Shown one piece after another: positions 25,656-36,947 of a DNA stretch of 64,000 nucleotides. A program made the position numbers and the translations under genes. Positions within the stretch are counted from its first letter, which is position 1; each line of letters opens with the position of its first letter. The notes under the pieces were generated by a model. That model was not told where the DNA came from. It saw nothing but the letters and a program-made list of their open reading frames with translations, and made no database searches. The DNA comes from Anthoceros angustus (lineage: Eukaryota; Plantae; Anthocerotophyta): positions 310,001 to 374,000 of the forward strand of contig MU008192.1 of NCBI GenBank assembly GCA_010909165.1, read 5' to 3'.

Positions 25656-26700
25656 CATTGATATATAATTGATTTGTCCGTAATATAGACCTAGCCTTCA
25701 TAACCTGGAGGCGATCATCCATAGATTGAACAGTTATCATCAGTATGCGCTCCCTACCAGGGTCCTTTCCAAGCCAGAAGGCTCGAGGAACGACCACATC
25801 GATCTCTAGCCTACCGAGAAACTCCTTTGCAGCCACAAGTGGTGCAACAATGTCAATACCAAGACCGAAAATTCTAAAGTTTAAACACGGCGAACACGGT
25901 CCGCCGTCTTGGAAACAACTTCCTGTACTGCGTTGCCACCAGGACAAGAAGGAGCAGGGAATCATTAACCCTAGGAGGTTTTTACCAGTAAGCTTCTCCA
26001 AATATGTAGGTAAAAATTGTTCCGTGGAAGTAAAATGATTTTCCAAATTTATGGCTTTCTCCTCTATGGTCCGTGAAAAACCTTCATTTTGTAACCCTTG
26101 CTCCACCAACCTTTCAAGAGTCTTCCAACCAAATCGTCCAAACCCTGCAACTTTTTGGCCATATAACTATGCATTTCTTCCCTGTGTGCATGAATAAGCT
26201 CGAGAATAACCTTCTTGTAGCCTTCCAAACTAGGTGCCAGATCTGCCTTGGACAAGCAACCCACACAAGGAACAGAAATTTGTAAGGCATTGACTTGCAA
26301 AAGCAATGAATCAAACTTGACCTGGAAGACGCCTCAAAATCTTTAACCCATAAGCTTACCGATTCAAGATTCTGTTGCAATTTTCTAATGATAACATCCT
26401 GACTATTAAATCTCTTATCTATAAGATCATCCATTACGGAATTGAACTCATCCTCCTCATCCTCCTGGCCCTCCTCATCCCCCTCGTCCTCCGAGTCCCA
26501 TACCCAAGATTGGTGCTTAGCCAAAAGAGACTCATATTTTTTCCTTGAGGAAATATTCTTCGCCTAAATATTAAATACTCTAGTCTCGAATACAGATACT
26601 TGTTTTCTTCATATTTCTCCTCGATACTATGTAATATAGTCTCCAATATTGATACCCAATTGTCTACATATTTAAATGTTTTACACTTAATGACAATGAA
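25655..26700 (-). mobile_element. LINE ORF1-like fragment (acidic/coiled region plus RRM-type region)
   Basis: NFRIFGL...V.RAFWLGK..GRERILMITV...RLQVMKARSILR...LYINED resembles the ORF1 RRM-CTD pattern of APE-type LINEs; it truncates CRE copy A. Confidence 0.55.
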
Positions 26701-26771
26701 AGCCATAACCTCAAAAAATCAACAAAAATAAAAATAACTGCGACCTCCTCTATACCACCCACCACAGCCCT

Positions 26772-26930
26772 CGCACCAAAAACCCTAAATCACGTCCTTA
26801 TCGCGACCTCCGCACCAAGAACCCTAAATCATGTCCTCACCGCAACCTTCGCACCAAAAACCCTAAATCATATCCTCGCCACGACCTCCGCACCAAAAAT
26901 CCTAAATCATGTCCTCATCGCGACCTCCGC
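26772..26930. repeat. 4 x 39-bp tandem repeat containing a telobox-like motif (AACCCTAAA)
   Basis: Unit CGCACCAAAAACCCTAAATCA(C/T)GTCCT..CGCGACCTC. Confidence 0.92.
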
Positions 26931-27347
26931 GTAACCCAATTCTTATGGCTTACCGTCATTATCGTCAACTTGACCGAGTAGAGAAAACTAGCTTTAAGAC
27001 TGGCAATCAATAAGAGCTGATTGTAAATCCGAATGCGGGCAACATTTGAACACCTTTCATCTCGGACACTAAATAGATTTTTTTATCCCTAGTTATAATA
27101 TTGTAGGAACATTGGAATTTACTTGGTTGACTGTTTGAAGAACACAATTCTTCAATGCATCCGTAAGTATTGAGGATCGAAACCCGTAATACTTTCTTAT
27201 AGATGAGGTCATTCTATCCTTGTATATTATATACATTTTTTTTTGTTCTTGAACTAGGTACCCACTAGGTATACATGTAGGTATTAAAATATAAACTTAA
27301 TAACTAGGTACATATCCTATTTGTCTTCTCTATCTAAGTATACCTAG

Positions 27348-27750
27348 GTCGTATTCGTGGACACATTGCTTCCTCAAGAAACGGGAGATGACATTGACAC
27401 GAAGGCGCCCTTGCAGGTGGATATTCACATGCTCACCTACAACCTGGGAGGGAAGGAGCGGACGAAACATGAGTTTAGAAAGTTTGCGACAGCTGGGGGT
27501 TCAACAGGTTTCAAGTGGCTGAGGTGAGGGATGCGATGACTGCTATGATGGAGGCCTTCAAAGATGGTCACTGCTATGATGGAGGCCTTCAAAGATGGTC
27601 AACCTGGGAGGATGTAGGAGGATGCTGGAGGGAGCCATGGCACATGAAACATGAGTTTAGAAAGTTTGTGACAGCTGCGGGTTCAGTAGGTTTCAAGTGG
27701 CTGTGGTGAGGGATGCAATGACTGCTGTGATGGAGGCCTTCAAAGATGGT
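27348..27750 (+). pseudogene. Orphan C-terminal exon of a COMT-type O-methyltransferase, partly duplicated
   Basis: After an AG acceptor: VVFVDTLLP...LQVDIHMLTYNLGGKERTKHEFRKFATAGG..GFK, then MEAFK after a frameshift; matches the plant OMT motif D..ML..N.GGKERT..EF. Second partial copy at 27600-27750. Confidence 0.8.
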
Positions 27751-28045
27751 CAGGCCGGGAGGATGGAGGGAGCCATGGCACATGCACGAGTAGGAGAGTA
27801 ATATTGTCGCGGCAAAAATATGAGGGATCAATCCCAGGATTTGATGCATGTGGATAAAACGATTGAAGCGGAAGTTTGGAAGTTTAATAACGCTTGGGAT
27901 ACAATGTGGCCATGCTCTTTCTACTTCATATGGTCTATTTTTCCTCATTTTAATCATCATGTTTTCCATGCCGCGTAGTTGGGGGTGGCGCAGTAGCAGG
28001 GTCCAAGAGGTTGTGGCGGCGAGGCCGCAGTGAGCCGGGTTCCAG

Positions 28046-28700
28046 GTTTAGGGTTTCACAAGTCTAGGGTTTCACAGGTTTAGGGTTTTGCGGCAGCTGA
28101 TCTAGTTTAGGGTTTCACAAGTTTAGGATTTCATAGGTTTAGGGTTTTGCGGCAGTTGATCTGGTTTAGGGTTTCACAAGTTTAGGATTTCATAGGTTTA
28201 GGGTTTTGCGGCAGCTGATCTGGTTTAGGGTTTCACAAGTTTAGGATTTCATAGGTTTAAGGTTTTGCGGCAGCTGATCTGGTTTAAGGTTTCACAAGTT
28301 TAGGATTTCATAGAAGAAGAAGAAGAAGAAGAAGAAGAATTTTATTTAAGTCCACTAAGGACGGATTTCCATCGTGGGACTTGGTACTTAACAACTTGTA
28401 CCATGGTGTGCCTGGTACTTGCACCAACGTGTACCATGGTGTGCCTGCTACTTGCACCAAGGGCATCCACTCCCTTTAGGCACCCCATCTAAGTACCGAT
28501 CCAAGCTCAGGACCCATCTAAGTACCGATCCAAGCTCAGGATGCTTAATCACGGCGTTCTTATAAATGTGTGTCCATTTGGCCTAGGCCATTTGGACACA
28601 TAGGCTTAGGGTTTAGTGGCAGCTGATCTTCTAAGTTTAGGGTTTTAGGGTTCCACATGTTTAGGGTTTCACAAGTTTAGGGTTTTACAGGTTCCAGGTT
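28046..28700. repeat. Interstitial telomere-like array (59-bp unit with TTTAGGG motifs), interrupted by a ~290-bp insertion
   Basis: Unit TAGGGTTTTGCGGCAGCTGATCTGGTTTAGGGTTTCACAAGTTTAGGATTTCATAGGTT about four times; resumes at about 28600. Confidence 0.9.
28313..28598 (-). mobile_element. Short retroposed insertion (SINE or 5'-truncated LINE) with a (TTC)9 tail
   Basis: Minus strand ends AATAAAA then (TTC)9; flanked by CATAG at 28309-28313 and 28599-28603. Confidence 0.5.
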
Positions 28701-28929
28701 CAAGGTTCAAATCTTCCAGGTTCAAGGACAAATACCAATATTTGACAAACAAATTGGAGAGTGGAGCACCTAGTTTTGGATAAGGTTCCTTCATATTATT
28801 TTCCTTCATATTATCCATTTTCCTTCTTCTGCTTTTGGAAAGGACACTCCTTACCCCATCTGCGGAATTTTATATAAGGGTGTTGTTGGTGCAAAGAGAC
28901 ACATGGGCTTGATGCACAAGAACTTAAAC

Positions 28930-29435
28930 CGATTGCATGGGAGGCTCAAGTGAGGGCTACATCTTCCAGCGTTGCTGCCCCTTCGTCCTCACGTCCAGCT
29001 GCTCCGCTGGAGCCTCCGCCAGAGTCTTGGTAATGGTTGCGGGCGCAATCTGATCATCTTCTGGCTCTTTAAGATACACTTCTCACGGGACCTTCATCGT
29101 CTGCAAGACGATATCCGCTTGCAGACAAGGGAAGCCTGTGGTTTTTCGGAGCTCTTTATCGTGGCGGCAGCTATAGCATAGGGTGAGAGCCCCCATCAAA
29201 TTTCACAAGTGTTGGGGGCCAGGAGGCTTTTGGCTACGAAGAAGCCCCCACTAGGGGTACACCCTATCGCTGTGGGAGAGGCATTCCTACGTCTTATTAG
29301 CCGCAGCCTTGCCCTCCATCTGAGGGAGCAATTCCGGGCTCATTTTAGCCCCCATCAATTTGGCATTGCCACCCCGGAAGGTTGCGAGATGGTGAGTTTT
29401 AGAGTTGAGGTGGTTCTCCCTACATCGTGATTAGT
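28930..29435 (+). mobile_element. CRE-like LINE copy B, 5' part
   Basis: LGARRLLATKKPPLGVHPIAVGEAFLRLISR...FSPHQFGIATPEGCE. Confidence 0.85.
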
Positions 29436-31351
29436 TGTGGAGGATTAGGTGTCAGACACCGTGGAGGTCCACATTTGCACCCTCAATGTCGTTGTAGGCT
29501 TAGGATTCGCTCCCAAGGGAATGGTTTGTGCCAAGAGACGCTAACTTCTATCGCCATCGACCTTCACCTAAGTCGGACTTACCGCTATTACTCCTCTTAC
29601 CTATCTACTCAACTACTACTACCTCCCGACTTGTCTAACTACCATGATCTTATTCCACAACCACGAATCTTATTCCACGACCACAAATCTTATTCCACGA
29701 CAAAATCTTATTCCACGACCGGTGGCTCTCACCACTACCGGTAGTTGCTTGACCACCGAGGTGGGTCCCACGCCAAACCCTAGCGACTTATTTCAAGACG
29801 GCGCCATGGATCTCGCCACGGCGTCTACCACGGCAGACGGACTTTATTCGCACTCCACACTTCATGCACACACACACCGATTCCTAGGGACCAAAGTTCC
29901 ACAAATCCCTCACCGCTCACACACACACAAAGGGCGCCACACACACAATTTTACAAGGAACGTTTTCTTGTGCACACTTCCACCAACAAGACCGGTTTGG
30001 ATTCTTTTGGATCCACACAAATCTCCACCGTTAGTCTCAATTAGTTCCCTTCTCAACTCCTCTTACACCTCGATCACGTGTCGATCACCCTTCACCCAAT
30101 CTTCTCCTCTCTCTCTCTCTCAATCCCCTGGCTTCCAACCATCCACTCAACACTTCTCTCTCAATTTGAACACAACTACAGAACAAGGGTGAAGGAGAAG
30201 AACCCCACGGCGCAAGCAAGCTGCACCGCGCCAATCCCTTGGTTTCCTCCTCCTTTGTCGCCAAGATTGCTCTATCACCCTCCTCCCCGCGGAGCAAGCT
30301 CTCGACCACCCCTAGGAGCGTCCGCACACCACCTCTCAATCGGACGTCTCCAACCAGCCACAGCGTGGGGATCTCAACCAGAGTTATCCGATGTGAGGGC
30401 ACAACCAAGCCCCTTTATACAATTGTTGGCGTCATAGCCACCACTTTCCAGTCCTAAAAGCAACGCCAAGAGGCGCCTACAATTTCGGACGGCCTTAGGT
30501 CCAAGATGGCATCCTATCCAAAGTTCTATTCCTAGGATGCCACTACCCCTGCCCATGTTATCTCCGCCCTCCGAACGCCTCGCCTTCGCCCTTTGCCGCT
30601 GAATTTATGGGTCCTCCTTCCTTCGATCCGGAAAATCCTCCCATAAACTCTCCTGCTTTTCCATGATCCCAAGTCCCAGCTCCCTCACCAATCCTCCACC
30701 TCGGACCCTCCAATGGTCCATATTTGGCCATTTAAATTTCGGCTGCAACCTTGGGCGCCATGCTCTGCAAAACCCTCACACAAATTGCTGATAACTCGCC
30801 TCAATCAACTTAATCAATCCCCTGTGGTTTCTTCCTTCCAGAATCGCGAGCTCGCCACTGTGGCTCGCCTTCTGTGCCTCGCGAGCTCGTGCTGTGATCG
30901 TCTGAGCTACCGCCCGGTTTCCGAGTTCCCTTAGGGTTATATTTCCCGAAACTCTACGACGCCAACCGGCTACCACTTCTTCTTCCGACCGCTCCTTCCT
31001 TCCACGACCCCGGGCCCAACCTTGAAACATAGTCCCCGACACCACCACCACACGTTCAACTACCGCTGGTTCGACCTCTAGCCTACGGACCTGCCAAATA
31101 TGGGGACCCCCCATATAGGCCTTTTATTAAATATTCCAAGACCAAAGGCCAAGGAGTATCGAGTTCATAGTCCAAGGACCGATTATTATTTAACCCGAAA
31201 CAACCCAAAACTCATAGGCCAAGGACACTTTCTACTATAAATATCCCTTCCTACTCATAACCTAGCTCTTCTTGACACCAAACTTAAAAAAAAAAACAAA
31301 AATCACTCAAAGACACAATCCAACAGGAGTTTCCAATACGGATCGTTTACA
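29436..31351 (-). repeat. 3' LTR of the Gypsy element, with internal TCTTATTCCACGAC tandem repeats at 29647-29720
   Basis: Matches 34936-36947 along its length. Confidence 0.92.
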
Positions 31352-34300
31352 TACTCCCTTCTCATTTGTTGGCCTCGCCAACTCATGTGTAATATTTCTT
31401 GACTCTCCAACCGCTGACCTTGGTAGGGGTCGCCTCTAATCTTGGGGTATGGAGCCATTTGCGAAAACTTCAAGGACTTTATATGGCCCCATCCATCGAA
31501 GGTGAAGCTTACGGAAAGTGCATATCTGTCATATGGTAGGTCCAAGTCACGAGGTACCACCCACAACCTTTCTTCCGTCCGGTCCCTCCGATATAAGCCG
31601 CCTCGGACAAATGGACTCGAATAATGCCGAGGCATCTTGTTGCCTTGAAAGGTCCGAGGATGCTGCCCGATTCTGTGAACTCAAATATTTACGAATAAGT
31701 AGGCCTGGTGTATCCGGATCTCCCCTTCTCATTTACTGCCGTACCACCATCACTTGCCGTCTTCCGATTCTGCCAGGCCGCTTCCCCCTCCATCTCTGCC
31801 GCGAACAACGCTTCATCGGGAACAGCAACTTCCACATCCGTCCCACCACCTTCCACAACTGTCGTTCCACCTTCCACTACCGCAGTAGTACCTTCCACAC
31901 CAGTGCAGTCAACTGTCACTCCATAACAACCCACCAGGCTGATGGAGTGGGGAATGTCTCTTCGATAGTCCCGCTCTTCATCCGACCAAGAAATGTGGGC
32001 AAACGGGAACTTCTCTTTCTCATCCTCCTCCCCAAATGTGTCTTCTACAGAGGTATAGCCATCTCTTCCGTGGCCTGCATTTATCTCGACTCCAAGATAA
32101 ACATATCCTCCCTTCCTTAACCTTGGGGTCCCACCGAGGTTTGAAGCCCACTTCCTTCCTTGCCCACTTGAAGGTACAGCGCGCCCCATACATCCACGTC
32201 CGCCAATCAAAACGTCATATCCAGGAGCTTTCTGTTTGATGACCACATAGTCCATAAGGTACGGAATGGTACCAATATGGGTTAGAACTCCAGTCAGCTC
32301 CCCCACCGGTGTCATCCTGGACATGTCCGCAAGACGCAGCACCTTGGATGTGTGTTCTATCTCCAGCCCCAACTTCCGAGCTGTGTCCTCCGTCATGATG
32401 TTGACCCCAGACCCAGAATCCAGAGGTACTTTCTTGATAACGCATCCCGAGATTTCTATCTGCAGCTCCGCGGGACCTTGGTCAGCCATGGCCACCATGT
32501 TCACGGCAAGGGGCCTCGGCCTTGTTTTGGGAAGGGTCCGCCTCTTCTTGGGTTGTGCTGCCTTCAATGCCCACCGGATCTGCTGGCGGTACCTCGGATT
32601 GTCCCTGAGAAGCTGTCCAAATGTTATCATGAATTTTTGGTCCATGATGGCCTCCGCCAGATTGAAAGGGCCATTCAGTGTTCTCCCTCTCGCCTCCCCC
32701 GTTTCAACAACCCGTAGCTCCCAGTGTCGCGGAAGCAGGATGGCCGAGGCGGGTGACCAGAGTGAGGTGTGTGGTCGGTCTCGGTTCCTCTCGGATCATC
32801 TCCATGACTTTCTCGACATCCGGCGGAAACGCCTAACTCATCCTTTTTCTCCTTTCGCCGATCTCGATTCCCCCCCTCCGGCTCCTTTCGCACGTCATCC
32901 CGTCCCTGTTGAAGGAGTCATAGTCGTGACGCCCCAAAATCGCGTGTGGTGCGCCGCCATGTGCATTTGCGCCTCCTCCAGCCTGCAGCCCCTCCTCGCC
33001 TCATCGTTGGTATTTCCTCCCTTCCTTCGCCCGATGAAGACGACTTCCTCCTCACCTCCGATGTTATGGAGGCTCCAATCTTCCTTCTTCTTCTTCCCGT
33101 CCCCTTAGGGTGTCCGCCTTCCTCATCCCGCTGTTCGAATGGCGGCGGTGGAGTCTTCATAGTACCTATCCATGTCCTCCAATCCCTCCAAACTTCTCAA
33201 CATGTTGGCCTCGGAATCCTCCCACACCGCCATGAACGCGTCTTCGACGTGCATCACTGGTAACGGATTTTGCTCCATGGGTGGGTGGGTTGCCGTAACC
33301 GGGGGTTGAGCAATCCTCACATGTTTTTTCGGCATCTGACAGAGGACACTGCCAGCCACGTGCCCCGATTGCTTGCAATCCACACACAGCCTCTCAAAAT
33401 CACCATTCCTGGCGAGATGCGAGGGCAGCTGCAAGATGCCCGAATCCCTCAGAAATCGAATGGCACTCATTTGCCCGGGTTCCTTGCCATCGATTGCGAA
33501 CACCCATGTTTGGGGAGTTTCGTAAACTTGAGGGTACAAAGTCTTGGTACCAAATTGGTGTCGCCTCTTGAATTTGGTATGTATCTTCCAAGCACATCTC
33601 CTCCTCCTCTTCCTCGTAGCCGGTTGCGTTTTGTGGACGTTCGACTGAGTGCCCTCGCCTGCTGCGAGAAGAGATTAGCGCTCCGTAGCACCCTTCTCGT
33701 GGTCTTTTATGGCATTGAGATGAAGTTTCTCCAGTTTGGCCATCATTTCCTCCATCTTGTTCCCTTGTTGCTCCACCTTTTTGGCTGTTGATTCCACCTC
33801 TCTTCTCACCTGCTCCGCGTCCTTCTTTGCATATACCGGCTCCTTTCCTCTGGCGCGGCGTCTTCGTTCCCACTCATTTTTCGTTTCCTTCTTTCTCTCC
33901 CTTCGGCCGCGCTCATCTCCTGACGAATCTTCCTCTGAGCTATCACTGGTCTCTTCTTCCGTGGAACTCTCCGAGGAGCCTGCTGAAGAGTTATCTCCCT
34001 CCATGGAACTTTCATCGGAGGATGAGGAGTACTTTTTCTTCTTCTTGGATTTCTTCTTGTCTCCGCGCCTTCTTGATTTCTTCTTCCGCATTGGACTCCT
34101 CGTAGTTCGGCCTTGATCGCCCGATCCAAGTCTTTTCTCACTTGAGACGACGTGCTTCCCATCTCCGCCCAGACCTCTCGCGAACCAGATTGCCATTCGG
34201 ACCAGGATCCGTAGGTGGAACCTTTCCACATAAGCTGCGGTCTCCTTCTTCCTCTCCGCAATCCCTCGAGTTTGGACAAGACATATCCTTCCACATCAAC

Positions 34301-34935
34301 TCCTAACCTTTCACAAAAGCTCTTCAAGGCCCCAAAGGTAGGGGTGTGGAAGAAGCTACTCTCGCTTGTACCACTTGGCCGCTCCGAAGACTCCATAAAC
34401 AGGGCACGTTGCGCATCCTCCTCTGGCAAGCGCCACCGCTCAAAACGCCGACAAACTCGTCGGGATCCTCATGGCCCTTCTTTCTCCATACAACGGGTAA
34501 GATTGCTTAGTGGTAACACCGAGTATCGCCATAGCTACCGTGGTAGTACTTTCAACGATCGCGGTAGTTGACGATACCACGCCCGACCGACCTCTACATT
34601 CACGAAGTTTGAGGAGCACGATCTGGCAACTGGAGCGAGATCAAAGACAAGGTGGATCGGGTACCGGCCCTTGTACCGCTTCCGTAGTCGAGAGTTGGGA
34701 ATGAATGCTAAGATCCGATCCCGATTCCAGACTCCCTCTTCCTCGTCCGGTGTGATCCTGCTCCTCCTCGTAACTCTCGCAATCCTTTCCGCTGCTTGGC
34801 GTTGTGCCGAGCGTTTCCCCAGTCGATCCAGTCGCTTGTCTCCACCCGAGGCATCCATCTATCATCTAGTAATGCTAGACTCTACTTAGGCTATGGTTAG
34901 TTCCTCGTCCTTGATTTCATTCCCGCAGGCCAAAA

Positions 34936-36947
34936 TGTGGAGTGTGAATTTGTGTCTAGGGACACCGTGAGGTCCACATTCACCCTCAATGTCGTTGTAG
35001 GCTTAGGATTCGCTCCCAAGGGAATGGTTTGTGCCAAGAGACGCTAACTTCTATCGCCATCGACCTTCACCTAAGTCGACTTACTGCTATTACTCCTCTT
35101 ACCTATCTACTCAACTACTACTACCTCCCGACTTGTCTAACTACCAGATCTTATTCCACAACCACGATCTTATTCCACGACAAATCTTATTCCACGACCA
35201 CAAATCTTATTCCACGACCGCGGTGGCTCACCACTACCGGGTAGTTGCTTGACTACCGAGGTGGGTCCCACGCCAAACCCTAGCGACTTATTTCGGCGGC
35301 GCCATGGATCCCGCGGCCACCATGCTGCAGATCGACTTTATTGCACTCCACACTTCATGCACACACACACCGATTCCTAGGGACCAAAGTTCCACAAATC
35401 CCTCACCGCTTCACACACACACAAAGGGCGCCACACTCACACAATTTTACAAGGGAACGCTGTTTCCTCTTGTGCACACTTCCACCAACAGCACCGGTTT
35501 GGATTCTTTTGGATTCACACAAATCTCCACTGTTAGTCTCTCAATTAGTTCCCTTCTCAACTCCTCTTACACCTCGCATCGCGTACAGTGTTTAGTCACT
35601 CCTTCACCCAATCTTCTCCCTCTCTCCCTCCTCAGGCTTCCAACCATCCACTCAACACTTCTCTCTCAATTTGAACACAACAGGAACAAGGGTGAAGGAA
35701 AGAAGAACCCCAGGCCACGGGCATGAGCAAGCTCCACCCGCCCGCGCCAATCCCTTGGTTTCCTCCTCCTTTGTCGAAGATTGCTCTATCACCCTCCTCC
35801 CCGGGCGGAGCCTCGACCACCCCTAGGAGCGTCGCGCACACCACCTCCGTAATCGGACGTCTCCAACCAGCCACAGTGGGGATCTCAACCAGAGTTATCT
35901 CGATGTGAGGGGCACAACCAAGCCCCTTTATACAATTCGGGCGCCATAGCCACCGACTTTCCAGTCCTAAAACGGCCGAACGCCAAGAGGCGCCTACAAT
36001 TTCGGACGGCCTTAGGTCCAGGATGGCATCCTATCCAAAGTTCTATTCCTAGGATGCCACTACTCCCTGCCCATGTTATCTCCGCACCCCCCTCCGATTT
36101 GGTCGCCTGGCCCTTCGTCCTTTGCTGCTGAATTTATGGGTCCTCCTTCCTCGTTGCTGATCTGGAAAATCCTCCCATAAACTCTCCACTGTTTTTCCAT
36201 GATCCCAAGTCCCAGCTCCCTCACCAATCCTCCACCTCGGACCCTCCAATGGTCCATATTTGGCCATTGGGCAGTCGAAATTTCTGCTGCAACCTTGGGC
36301 GCCATGCTCCTGCAAAACCCTCACGCCCAGCCTAAATTGCTGATAACTCTCGAATCTCCAACTTGGTCAATCCCCCCAGGGTTTCTTCCTTCCAGGAATC
36401 GCGAGCTCCCTGCCGCCACTGTGGCCCGCCTTCTGACCTCGTGCAGCTCGTGCCTGTCAGTGATCGTCTGAGCTACCTCCCTTGCCTTTCCGAGTTCCCT
36501 TAGGGTTATATTTCCCCGGAAACTCTACGACCGCCAACCGGCTTCCGCTACCACTTCTTCTTCCGCGACCGCTCCTTCCTTCCACGACCGCCGCCCGCCA
36601 ACCGTCAAACATAGTCCCTGACACCGACCACACACCGCTCAACTACTGGCTATTGGTTCGACCTCTAGCCTACGGACCTCCAAATATGGGGACCCCCCCC
36701 ATATATAGGCCTTTTATTAAATATTCCAAGACCAAAGGCCAAGGAGTATCGAGTTCATAGTCCAAGGACCGATTATTATTTAACCCGAAACAACCCCAAA
36801 ACTCATAGGCCAAGGACACTTTCTACTATAAATATCCCTTCCTACTCATAACCTAGCTCTTCTTGACACCAAACTTAACAAAAAAAAAACAAAAAATCAC
36901 TCAAAGACACAATCCAACAGGGAGTTTCCAATACCAGATCGTTTACA
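34936..36947 (-). repeat. 5' LTR of the Gypsy element
   Basis: Matches 29436-31351. Confidence 0.92.

Larger units (their letters stand above)
29436..36947 (-). mobile_element. Non-autonomous Ty3/Gypsy LTR retrotransposon (gag-like plus protease only) with ~1.9-2.0 kb LTRs
   Basis: Direct repeats 29436-31351 and 34936-36947 (TGTGGAG...GTTTACA); PPT GAGAAGGGAGTA on minus next to 31352; degenerate PBS TGGCCTGCGGGA near 34932; zinc knuckle CVDCKQSGH..C; protease LDSGSGVNIM. No RT, RNase H or integrase motifs seen. Confidence 0.9.

Noticed and set aside
27160-27190. B-box-like sequence suggesting a tRNA or SINE
   Set aside because: No A-box or cloverleaf could be supported.
28046-28700. True telomere or chromosome end
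   Set aside because: TTTAGGG motifs sit within a 59-bp higher-order unit with ordinary sequence on both sides.
26772-29720. Regularly spaced short repeats as a possible CRISPR array
   Set aside because: Head-to-tail tandem repeats without unique spacers, no cas genes, eukaryotic context.
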